Origin: Candidatus Woesearchaeota archaeon
Lineage (GTDB): Archaea; Nanobdellota; Nanobdellia; Pacearchaeales; UBA284
NCBI GenBank assembly: GCA_964396475.1
Contig: CAYNFE010000001.1
Span: 1,205-65,204, forward strand
Reading direction: 5' to 3'
DNA length: 64,000 nt
The translations under genes and the position numbers were made by a program. Each line of letters opens with the position of its first letter. Positions within the stretch are counted from its first letter, which is position 1. Positions 35,504 through 43,619 of the stretch are shown here, piece after piece. Under the pieces are notes generated by a model. The model was not told where the DNA came from and did not search any database. It was given only the letters and a program-made list of their open reading frames with translations.

Positions 35504-36256
35504 ATGGCTAGCTTAAAAGGGGTGTTATTAGAGTTAAAAGACATTATTAATAATGTTTTATCCAGAAAAATTGATTTCTCTAGCAGGATTGTTAGTGATG
35601 ATTTTAATTTTAAGAAACGTGAAAGAGATTATTATTCTAAGGAGATAGAGAATGTTATAAAGAGGTTGGGAGCTGTTCTTAATGAAAGTTTTGTTGTCGC
35701 TCCGATTGAAAAAAGAGCCCTGACAGAGGCTTCAATGAAGATTAAGGAGCTAAAAAAGTTGATTAATTCCAGGAAATTCCTAGAGTCTGTTGTTGCTATT
35801 GAAGAAATATTTGATATTGTTCCTAATTTAAAAATAGCTGACAGTGATCTGCCTAAGGGGGAATTTTACTTGCCTTATGTTCCTAGAAATATTTTTTCTG
35901 AAATAAAAGCATCTTTTGATGAGCTTGTTAAATGTTTTGATCACAACTGTTATCGTAGTGCTTTGATTCTGTGTGGAAGGATTTTGGAAATAGCTTTGCA
36001 TAAAAAATATTTAGATGTTACAGATAAGGATCTATTAGAAAAGAGTCCAGATATAGGTTTAGGCAATCTTGTTTTAAAGTTTAAAGATAAAGGAATAAAT
36101 CTAGATCCTGGTTTGAGCAATCAGATACATCTTATCAATCACTTGAGAATAGCCTCTGTTCATAAGAAAAAAAGACCTTTTAATCCTACTAAATCCCAGA
36201 CAAAAGCCTCCATACTTTATACTTTAGATATTCTTAAGAAAATATTCCGTAGCTGA
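35504..36256 (+). CDS. DUF4145/HEPN-like domain protein
   Basis: SALILCGRILE helix and RIASVH (R-x4-H). Confidence 0.7.
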   Translation: MASLKGVLLELKDIINNVLSRKIDFSSRIVSDDFNFKKRERDYYSKEIENVIKRLGAVLNESFVVAPIEKRALTEASMKIKELKKLINSRKFLESVVAIEEIFDIVPNLKIADSDLPKGEFYLPYVPRNIFSEIKASFDELVKCFDHNCYRSALILCGRILEIALHKKYLDVTDKDLLEKSPDIGLGNLVLKFKDKGINLDPGLSNQIHLINHLRIASVHKKKRPFNPTKSQTKASILYTLDILKKIFRS

Positions 36257-36278
36257 TGAATTATAAATTTTTAAAAAC

Positions 36279-36887
36279 TTACTGAACATGCCTGCTGATT
36301 ATTGTATGCCAGGTTCCAAAATGTTTGTATGCTCTAGTCTTTATGTATGGGAAAAAATCCTTTGCTATGTTTCCTTTTGCTGGAAGCTTTTCTAAAACTG
36401 CTTTACTTAGAAAATAAACACCACAATTAACCCAAATATTTTCTAAAAGTGGCTTTTCTCTGAAACTAACTATATTGTGCCCGTCTGTTTCGATCTTTGC
36501 AAAATTTAATCTTGGGTTTGCAATACAAATAGTATCTGTACCAAAATCTACAAGGGATGTTATATCTATATCTGTCAAATCATCTACATTTACCACAATT
36601 ACATCATCTGTTTCTGCAGAATTTATAGCATGTTTTAATGACCCTGCAGTTCCTGGAAGTTCAGATGTTGTAGCAAAAATGACATCAATTCCTGGATGAT
36701 ATTTCCTAATTTGTTCAGCCTCCCTTTCTGTGCAAGCTATGATTATTCTTTTTACATAAGGTCTTAACCACTCCACCTGTCTCTGTAAAATAGTTTTCCC
36801 CTCAATTTCAATCAATGCTTTTGGATAAAAAGTCTCTCTACCTAAAGAACCGCCTGCGAGAATTATCGCATCAACTTTTCTTGCCAT
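36279..36887 (-). CDS. Sugar-phosphate nucleotidyltransferase-like protein
   Basis: IILAGG, PKALI, GTAG, FREKP, VNCGVY. Confidence 0.85.
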   Translation of the reverse strand: MARKVDAIILAGGSLGRETFYPKALIEIEGKTILQRQVEWLRPYVKRIIIACTEREAEQIRKYHPGIDVIFATTSELPGTAGSLKHAINSAETDDVIVVNVDDLTDIDITSLVDFGTDTICIANPRLNFAKIETDGHNIVSFREKPLLENIWVNCGVYFLSKAVLEKLPAKGNIAKDFFPYIKTRAYKHFGTWHTIISRHVQ

Positions 36888-37023
36888 TTTAATCTACTTA
36901 TTTCCCCCCTTAGCTAAAATATAATGTCTTGGAGGTATATAAGTTTTTTTATTTTACTGTTCTATCTATTTGTTCTAGTTATTCTTTAGAAAGGCTTTTA
37001 AAAGATTTTTTCTTTAAGAAAAT

Positions 37024-37431
37024 ATGCCAAGAAAACCAAAGGAAATTTCATTTATTGAAGGAAAAAATGTAAGCCTAGTAGGTTTTAATAAGTTTGATAA
37101 AGTAGAAAAAAAATCTGTAATAAATGTAATGAATGTATATATTAAAAAAATTGAAGAAAGGATAGATTATGACGAGCTAAAAATAAGGCTTAAGCAGCAT
37201 CAAAGAAACAAGATGTTTTTCCATGAGATGTCTGCAGAGCTTTTTATCAATCCAGGGAGTGTTTTAAGTGCAAAATTTACACATAAAAATCCTTATAAAG
37301 CACTATCACAAGTCATGGTCAAGCTGATTAATAGCATAGTACATCAACAAAAGAAAAGCCAGAGAGGAAAATCTAAAAAATTAACTGAAAAATTAAGTAA
37401 AAACTATAAAACTTTAAGAAGTAAAAAATGA
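37024..37431 (+). CDS. HPF/RaiA-like (ribosome hibernation factor fold) protein
   Basis: beta-alpha-beta-beta-beta-alpha pattern ending KNPYKALSQVMVKL; ATGA overlap with rpl21e. Confidence 0.55.
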   Translation: MPRKPKEISFIEGKNVSLVGFNKFDKVEKKSVINVMNVYIKKIEERIDYDELKIRLKQHQRNKMFFHEMSAELFINPGSVLSAKFTHKNPYKALSQVMVKLINSIVHQQKKSQRGKSKKLTEKLSKNYKTLRSKK

Positions 37432-37682
37432 AACATAGGAAAAGAATTCGTGAAAAAGGAAAAATAAAGTTAAGCAAAGTATTTCAAGAGTTCAAAAAAG
37501 GGGATAAAGTGGCTTTTGTGCATGAATTAGCTTATGGAAAAGCATTCCCAAAGCAGTTCCATGGCCTCTCTGGAGTAGTTGAAAGCAAGAGAGGAAGGGC
37601 CTATGTAGTGAGATTTAAAAATGGTAAAATCTATAAAGAATTAGTAGTCAGGCCAATTCATCTTAAAAGATTAAAAGGCTAA
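37428..37682 (+). CDS. rpl21e: 50S ribosomal protein L21e
   Basis: FKKGDKV, FHGLSGVV, RGRAYVV, PIHLK. Confidence 0.92.
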   Translation: MKHRKRIREKGKIKLSKVFQEFKKGDKVAFVHELAYGKAFPKQFHGLSGVVESKRGRAYVVRFKNGKIYKELVVRPIHLKRLKG

Positions 37683-37691
37683 GAGGAAAAA

Positions 37692-38006
37692 ATGATTAGA
37701 GAATCAAAGACAGTTACTCTTGTTGAAGCAAGAGAATTATTGAAAAAAGCAGAGACAGATAAAGCGAAAGCTGTATCAGATTTTATTAAAAGATTTACAA
37801 AACTTAGCGCATCAGATGTCCAAAAATTAAGAAAAGCTCTAGAAACTCTTGATATTATAAAATTAAGAGAAAAAGATATTGTGAAATTGATTGATTATAA
37901 GCCAGAAGATGCGGAAGATGTAAGAAAAATTTTCACTGGATCAGAATTCAGTTTAGATCACGATGAAATCACAAAAGTGCTTGAGGCGCTTAAACAAAAG
38001 AAATAA
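37692..38006 (+). CDS. rpoF: RNA polymerase subunit Rpo4/F
   Basis: KLIDYKPEDAEDVRKIF; canonical position after rpl21e. Confidence 0.9.
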   Translation: MIRESKTVTLVEARELLKKAETDKAKAVSDFIKRFTKLSASDVQKLRKALETLDIIKLREKDIVKLIDYKPEDAEDVRKIFTGSEFSLDHDEITKVLEALKQKK

Positions 38007-38011
38007 GCAAA

Positions 38012-38560
38012 ATGAATACAAGAGAAATGAAAGAAGAGAAAGCCATAATAGTAGATTTTTTACCTCATGGCTACCCTCTAGAAATGAAGAGGGTTCCAAT
38101 AGCGCAAGCCATAGGCATAACATATTACACACTTCTAGAACTGGTTCCTAGAAAAGGAACTAAGCTTGAACTTAAGGAAGAAGTTTATATCGGACCTTCA
38201 AGAAGAGATAAAATATATTTCATAAGTGGAAGACTAATAAAATCTAAACTTACAGAGACTGCTAAATTACAAATAAAGGATTTTGTTGAGAAAGTAATAA
38301 AAGAACAAGAGAAAAAATTTGTAGAGTTTTTCAATACCGCGCAGGCAGTAAATACCAGATTACATCAACTTGAACTTTTACCAGGTTTTGGAAAGAAATA
38401 TACTAAAATGATTCTAGAGGAAAGAGAGAAAAGACCATTTGCATCTTTCGAAGATATGAAAAAAAGACTTAAAAATCTTCCAGATCCTAAAAAAGTAGTT
38501 CAAAAAAGATTAATAGAAGAACTTACACAAGAACAAAGATATAAATTATTCGCAGCTTAA
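38012..38560 (+). CDS. DUF655 family HhH nucleic-acid-binding protein
   Basis: VDFLPHG, RLHQLELLPGFGKK, RPFASFED. Confidence 0.92.
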   Translation: MNTREMKEEKAIIVDFLPHGYPLEMKRVPIAQAIGITYYTLLELVPRKGTKLELKEEVYIGPSRRDKIYFISGRLIKSKLTETAKLQIKDFVEKVIKEQEKKFVEFFNTAQAVNTRLHQLELLPGFGKKYTKMILEEREKRPFASFEDMKKRLKNLPDPKKVVQKRLIEELTQEQRYKLFAA

Positions 38561-38561
38561 A

Positions 38562-39086
38562 ATGACAGAAGAGAATAATGAAGAAAAGAAAAAGAAAATT
38601 AAACCAGAAATTGAATCAGAATCTAAAGTAAATAAAAAAGAAATTTTTCTAGTAAGAATTGCTGGGACAGATATTTTTGGAAAAAGCACCATTTATGCAG
38701 GTCTAACTAAAATAAAAGGAATTTCTTGGACTTTATCTAATGCAATATGTAAGAGCCTTAATATTGATAAAAACAGAAAAATTCATACCCTTACAGAGAA
38801 AGAAATAAAAAGTATACTTGATTTTATAAAAAATCCTAAACTTCCTGAATGGCTTCTTAATAGGAGAAAGGATATAGATACTGGTGTGAATAAACATCTA
38901 ATAACAACTGATCTTGATTTAGCAAGAGAGTTTGATATAAGAAGGATGAAAAAAATAAAAAGCTATAAAGGGATAAGACATACAGCTGGTCTGCCTGTTA
39001 GAGGTCAGAGAACCAGAGCACACTTTAGGAAAGGTAAGGCTGTAGGTGTAAGTAGAGCTAAAGTCAAGCCAGGAAAGAAAAAATAA
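38562..39086 (+). CDS. rps13: 30S ribosomal protein S13
   Basis: VRIAGTD, WLLNRRKD, YKGIRH, GLPVRGQRTR. Confidence 0.97.
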   Translation: MTEENNEEKKKKIKPEIESESKVNKKEIFLVRIAGTDIFGKSTIYAGLTKIKGISWTLSNAICKSLNIDKNRKIHTLTEKEIKSILDFIKNPKLPEWLLNRRKDIDTGVNKHLITTDLDLAREFDIRRMKKIKSYKGIRHTAGLPVRGQRTRAHFRKGKAVGVSRAKVKPGKKK

Positions 39087-39115
39087 AAAAATAAGAATAT
39101 AAAAGTAAAGGAAAA

Positions 39116-39682
39116 ATGGGAGACCCAAAAAAACAACATAAAAAATATGCAAGACCAAGAACACCTTTTGATAAGTCCAGGATAGATGAAGAAAAATCTC
39201 TTATTAAAAAATATGGACTTAAGATCAAGAGAGAGATATGGCATGCAGAAAGCTATATTGATAGGATAAGAGCCCAGGCTAAAAAATTAATTGTGGAGCC
39301 TGAAAAGCAAAAAATATTCATTGATAGTCTAGTCAGGTTAGGCTTGATCAAAACAGATGCGACAATTGATGATGTTCTTGCCTTGACAAAAGAAAAACTG
39401 TTTGACAGAAGACTGCAGACAATTGTTTTTAAAAAAGGACTTGCTAAAACGATTAGAGGAGCAAGGCAATTCATAGTTCATAAAAGAATAAAGATAGGAA
39501 ATAGGATAGTGAGTGTTCCTAGTTATATTGTAAGAAAAGAAGAAGAAAATAAAATCTCAATTATTAAAAAATCAAAAAAAGAAAAAGCAACAGAACCGAT
39601 ACTACCAACAGAAAAAACAAAAGAAGAAGAGAAAGAAATAAAAGAAGAAAAAATAGAGGAAAAGAAAGAAAAAAATGGCTGA
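39116..39682 (+). CDS. rps4: 30S ribosomal protein S4
   Basis: MGDPKK, YGLK, RRLQTIV, ARQFIVH. Confidence 0.97.
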   Translation: MGDPKKQHKKYARPRTPFDKSRIDEEKSLIKKYGLKIKREIWHAESYIDRIRAQAKKLIVEPEKQKIFIDSLVRLGLIKTDATIDDVLALTKEKLFDRRLQTIVFKKGLAKTIRGARQFIVHKRIKIGNRIVSVPSYIVRKEEENKISIIKKSKKEKATEPILPTEKTKEEEKEIKEEKIEEKKEKNG

Positions 39683-40070
39683 AAAGAGACTTGAGGGAAC
39701 TGGAATGGCATATATCAAAGCCACTTATAATAATACTATTGTCCATATCACAGACATGGCTGGAAATACAATCTCTCTAATTTCAGGAGGTGAGGTCACA
39801 AAGCAAGACAGACTAAAGGCAAATCCTACTGTGGCTATGTTTGTTGCTAAAAGAGCAGCTGAAAAAGCAAAAGATCAAGGCATAAGCGCTATCTATGTTC
39901 GTATTTCAGGCAGAGGAGGCAAGCTTTCACCATTTCCAGGCCCAGGAGCAAATGCAGCTATTAAGAGTCTGGCAAGGCAAGGTTTAAAAATTTTAAATAT
40001 CATAGATGTTACACCAGTACCAAGAGGAGGACCAAAACCAAAAGGCGGAAAGAGAGGAAGGAGAGTATAA
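39675..40070 (+). CDS. rps11: 30S ribosomal protein S11
   Basis: TYNNTIVHITD, PGPGANAAI, DVTPVP. Confidence 0.97.
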   Translation: MAEKRLEGTGMAYIKATYNNTIVHITDMAGNTISLISGGEVTKQDRLKANPTVAMFVAKRAAEKAKDQGISAIYVRISGRGGKLSPFPGPGANAAIKSLARQGLKILNIIDVTPVPRGGPKPKGGKRGRRV

Positions 40071-40862
40071 ATGGCAAAAATAGAAAAAATATCCAAGGAT
40101 AAAGACAAGATTTGTTTTTTAGTTAAGGGAATAAATAATAGCATAGCAAACACAATCAGGAGAAGTGTTCTTGAAATTCCTGTCTTAGCTATAGATACTG
40201 TTGAGATTTATAAGAATGATTCAGCTCTTTATGATGAAATGGTAGCACATAGAATTGGATTAGTTCCATTAAAAGCATCAAAAACTTTCACACAAAGAGA
40301 AAAATGTAGTTGTAAAGGAAAAGGATGCGCGAAATGTACTGCTGGTTTTAAATTAAATGTAAAAGGCCCGGCAATGGTTTATTCTAAAGATTTAAAAGCA
40401 AGAAGCATAGATATTATTTATCCAGATATGCCTATTGTATTGCTAGAAAAAGATCAAGAACTAAAATTAAATGCTGAAGCTATATTAGGTACAGGAAAAG
40501 AGCATGCAAAATTCACTCCTGGATTAGTGTGGTTTAATTCTTATCCAATAATTAAGATAGATGGATGTACTGGATGTGAAGAATGTGTAAAAATTTGTCC
40601 AAGAAAAGCAATAAATATTAAAGATAAGAAGCTAATCATAGATCCTCTTAAGTGTGATATTTGTGAAGCATGTGTTGAATTCTCTAAAAATAAAGAAAAA
40701 TGTTCTATTAGCATAAAACCAAGCGAAGAAGATTTCATTTTTTATATAGAGAGCTTTGGCCAGCTTAAGCCAGAAGAGATATTTACAGATGCAATAAAAG
40801 CTATAGATGAAAATCTTAAAGAAATTGATAAAAAGATTAAAAAATTCAAAATAACCAAATAA
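40071..40862 (+). CDS. rpoD: RNA polymerase subunit Rpo3/D with Fe-S (ferredoxin-like) insert
   Basis: ANTIRR, NDSALYDEMVAHRIGLVP, EHAKF, CTGCEECVKICP. Confidence 0.96.
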   Translation: MAKIEKISKDKDKICFLVKGINNSIANTIRRSVLEIPVLAIDTVEIYKNDSALYDEMVAHRIGLVPLKASKTFTQREKCSCKGKGCAKCTAGFKLNVKGPAMVYSKDLKARSIDIIYPDMPIVLLEKDQELKLNAEAILGTGKEHAKFTPGLVWFNSYPIIKIDGCTGCEECVKICPRKAINIKDKKLIIDPLKCDICEACVEFSKNKEKCSISIKPSEEDFIFYIESFGQLKPEEIFTDAIKAIDENLKEIDKKIKKFKITK

Positions 40863-40869
40863 TAATAGC

Positions 40870-40953
40870 GCGGGAGTGCCGGAGTGGTCAAACGGGCATG
40901 GCTAAGGTCCATGTGGCTTAGTGCCTGCGCAGGTTCGAACCCTGTCTCCCGCA
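40870..40953 (+). tRNA. tRNA-Leu with AAG anticodon
   Basis: Stem CATGG/CCATG closes loop CT-AAG-GT; aligns gap-free with tRNA-Leu(CAA) at 43378. Confidence 0.92.
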
Positions 40954-40962
40954 TGATTTAAG

Positions 40963-41352
40963 ATGAAAACAAAGATAAGCAAAACAAAGATAAGGAAAAG
41001 AGAAAAGAAAAAGACAAATGTAGAATTAAAGGACTTAATCACTTATCTAAACAAGCAATCTAAACCATTGTGGCATGAAGTAGCTAAACATCTCTCCCGC
41101 CCCAAAAAAAAATCAATCACTATTAATATTGATGAGATAAATAAGACCACAAAATCTGAGGAAATCATAATAGTCCCGGGAAAAATATTAAGTATAGGTT
41201 CTTTAGATCATAAATTAACTATAGCAGCTTTCAAATTTTCTGAAAAAGCAAAAGAAAAGCTGGTTAAAAAAGCTGATTTACTGAGCATAAAAGAATTAAT
41301 TGAAAAAATATCACAATTTAAAGGGTTAAATGTAAGGATTATAACTAAATAA
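40963..41352 (+). CDS. rpl18e: 50S ribosomal protein L18e
   Basis: IIVPGKILSIG, AAFKFS. Confidence 0.95.
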   Translation: MKTKISKTKIRKREKKKTNVELKDLITYLNKQSKPLWHEVAKHLSRPKKKSITINIDEINKTTKSEEIIIVPGKILSIGSLDHKLTIAAFKFSEKAKEKLVKKADLLSIKELIEKISQFKGLNVRIITK

Positions 41353-41374
41353 TCAAATAGTTAATAAATAAGAA

Positions 41375-41794
41375 ATGCAAGAAAAAAAAGAAATTGTTAT
41401 TGATGCTAAAGGGGCAGTCGTAGGAAGACTGTCTAGTTTTGCTGCTAAGAAAGCTCTCCAGGGAAATTCAGTTATTGTTGTTAATAGTGAGAAGGCAATA
41501 ATGATAGGCAGGCCAAAAGATATTTTAGAAAAATATCTTAAAAGATACAGGCTTGGGCATGGAGTACAGAAAGGACCAATTTATTCAAGAAGGGCGGAGT
41601 TAATACTGAAAAGAGCCATAAGAGGGATGATAGGAAGAAAAAAATCAAAAGGAAGAGATGCTTTCAAAAGAATTAGATGTTATGTTGGTATTCCTGAAAA
41701 ATATGTTAAAGCTGAGAAAATAATTATCTTCAAAAAGAAAGCCCTAAATTTTATTACGCTAGGTAAATTAGACAAACTAGTCAGGCAAAAATAA
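41375..41794 (+). CDS. rpl13: 50S ribosomal protein L13
   Basis: IDAKGAVVGRLSS, KRAIRGMI, CYVGIP. Confidence 0.95.
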   Translation: MQEKKEIVIDAKGAVVGRLSSFAAKKALQGNSVIVVNSEKAIMIGRPKDILEKYLKRYRLGHGVQKGPIYSRRAELILKRAIRGMIGRKKSKGRDAFKRIRCYVGIPEKYVKAEKIIIFKKKALNFITLGKLDKLVRQK

Positions 41795-41818
41795 AAAGCA
41801 ATAAGTAAAAAATAGAAA

Positions 41819-42286
41819 ATGCCAAGAAAAAAGAAAGAATCAACAAAAACAAAGAAATCTAAGAATAAAGAGAAGAAAATCAAGTCAATAGTAGTCAGTG
41901 GCATGCGTAAGAGAAGCGTTGCTAGAGCAACAATTAAGATTGGAAATGGCAGAATCAGAATAAATCAAAAACCAATAGAACTTTTTCCTACATTTCAACG
42001 TCTGACATTGATTGAACCATTTATAATAGCAGAGCAAGTTTTGAAAGAAAAATTGAAAGAGATAGATATAGATATAATAGTCAAAGGTGGGGGTGTAGAA
42101 GGACAAATAGATGCCTCAAGATTAGCTATAGCAAGGGCTTTAGTTAATTTCACAAAAAATAAAGAGCTAAGAAGTGCTTTTTTAAGATATGATAGATCTT
42201 TGCTAGTTGCTGATACCCGCTATAAAGAAATGTGTAAACCTGGAGATAGTAAGGCTAGAAAAAAAAGACAAAAATCTTATAGATAA
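41819..42286 (+). CDS. rps9: 30S ribosomal protein S9
   Basis: GMRKRSVARA, GGGVEGQ, DRSLLVAD, QKSYR. Confidence 0.97.
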   Translation: MPRKKKESTKTKKSKNKEKKIKSIVVSGMRKRSVARATIKIGNGRIRINQKPIELFPTFQRLTLIEPFIIAEQVLKEKLKEIDIDIIVKGGGVEGQIDASRLAIARALVNFTKNKELRSAFLRYDRSLLVADTRYKEMCKPGDSKARKKRQKSYR

Positions 42287-42335
42287 AATTAAAAAGATAT
42301 AAAAATAAAAAATATAATACTAAGATAAAAATAAA

Positions 42336-42533
42336 ATGATAATTCCAATAAGATGTTTTTCATGCGGAAAACCTATTGCTCATTTATGGCAAAAGTTTAA
42401 AGAAAGAGTAGCTAAGGGAGAAGACCCAAAAAAAGTCTTAGATGATCTGGGCTTGGAAAGGTACTGCTGCAGAGCAGTTTTTTTAGGGCATGTTGATCTA
42501 ATTGAGTTAACAAGCAAATTCAAAAAATTCTAA
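42336..42533 (+). CDS. rpoN: RNA polymerase subunit Rpo10/N
   Basis: [15 protein letters not shown]. Confidence 0.97.
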   Translation: MIIPIRCFSCGKPIAHLWQKFKERVAKGEDPKKVLDDLGLERYCCRAVFLGHVDLIELTSKFKKF

Positions 42534-42557
42534 TTCCCTAAATTCTAATTTTTTATT

Positions 42558-42704
42558 TTATATTATTGCTAAAATTCCTGATATTATAAAATAAAATCCT
42601 ACTAAGTATTTTAGAAACCTAGGGAATACTAAAATAAGGATACCAAAAATAATTGCAAGTATACCCATTATAAGTCCTGAAATACCTATCCCAAAAAAAG
42701 TCAT
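42558..42704 (-). CDS. 48-aa membrane protein, DUF3096-like (below ORF-track cutoff)
   Basis: MTFFGIGISGLIMGILAIIFGILILVFPRFLKYLVGFYFIISGILAII. Confidence 0.7.
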   Translation of the reverse strand: MTFFGIGISGLIMGILAIIFGILILVFPRFLKYLVGFYFIISGILAII

Positions 42705-42715
42705 CTTTTAATTTT

Positions 42716-43018
42716 CTACCTCCTTTCATTTTTTTTATAAATATAACGAGAATAAGCACCACATTTCAGGCACTTTATTGATATCTTTCCTTTAGATAGT
42801 CTGGCCTTATAATTTTTCCCAGGAACAAAATAAGTATTACATTTCCTGCAAAATTTTTTTCTATAATTTTTCAAAGAAATATTATTCCTCTTAGCTAATT
42901 TCCTTGCAAGAGATACGTATTTCCTTGCAAGTCTAGGTCTTTTTTTAGATTCTTTTTTAGCAAATATGAATAATTTCTGTATGTTGTCAAGAATCAACTT
43001 GTCTTGTTCTTTCCTCAT
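42716..43018 (-). CDS. rnp4: RNase P protein Rpp21
   Basis: LARKYVSLA, FCRKCN...PG, CLKCG. Confidence 0.9.
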   Translation of the reverse strand: MRKEQDKLILDNIQKLFIFAKKESKKRPRLARKYVSLARKLAKRNNISLKNYRKKFCRKCNTYFVPGKNYKARLSKGKISIKCLKCGAYSRYIYKKNERR

Positions 43019-43034
43019 TTTAGAAAATTTTAAA

Positions 43035-43146
<112 letters not shown>

Positions 43147-43232
43147 AATAAAAACAAATGAGATAAGACTTTTAAATTTTTCTAACGAGGATAATAGAAA
43201 CTTTTAAATAAATAAAAAATTTCTCTGAAAAG

Positions 43233-43325
43233 AGAGGGTGGGGATAATCTAGGATTTACAGTACGGTACTTCGGTGCCTACTAACGATCTTCTTCGGGAG
43301 GTCACCTAGATCCTTTCTACCTTCT
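43233..43325 (+). ncRNA. Unidentified structured ncRNA (three-way junction, two cUUCGg hairpins)
   Basis: Extensive pairing valid only on + strand (G-U pairs); TATA-like TTTAAATA at 43203-43210. Confidence 0.75.
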
Positions 43326-43377
43326 TATATAATCTGATTCTAAAATTTTATAAATAAATAATCCCTCTTTATAGAAT

Positions 43378-43461
43378 GCGGGGGTGCCGGAGTGGTCAAA
43401 CGGGACAGACTCAAGATCTGTTGGCTTAGTGCCTACGCAGGTTCGAATCCTGTCCCCCGCA
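43378..43461 (+). tRNA. tRNA-Leu(CAA)
   Basis: Stem ACAGA/TCTGT, loop CT-CAA-GA, long variable arm. Confidence 0.96.
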
Positions 43462-43464
43462 CTT

Positions 43465-43539
43465 GCTCCTGTAGCTCAGTCTGGATAGAGCACCTGCCTC
43501 CTAAGCAGGGGGTCGCAGGTTCAAATCCTGCCAGGGGCG
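43465..43539 (+). tRNA. tRNA-Arg(CCT)
   Basis: Stem CCTGC/GCAGG, loop CT-CCT-AA. Confidence 0.95.
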
Positions 43540-43619
43540 TTTTTTAGAATTAGAAAATTAGGAATAAATAAATAAAGAAAAATTCTAAGAAATTTATAAA
43601 ATTAAAATACAATCTATTT

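Noticed and set aside
40870-40953. Reading the anticodon as TAA
   Set aside because: That register breaks the anticodon stem; alignment with tRNA-Leu(CAA) places AAG at 34-36.
40742-40954. 70-aa minus-strand ORF (MRETGFEPAQ...)
   Set aside because: Antisense translation of tRNA-Leu and the rpoD end.
43279-43285. TACTAAC (yeast branch-point sequence) inside the ncRNA
   Set aside because: Seven-mer expected by chance, partly base-paired, and archaea lack a spliceosome.
43233-43325. Identification as SRP RNA, RNase P RNA, tRNA half, C/D or H/ACA guide, or hammerhead
   Set aside because: No GNRA helix-8 motif, no GAGGAAAGUCC, no T-loop, no RUGAUGA/CUGA, no terminal ACA, no CUGAUGA/GAAA core.
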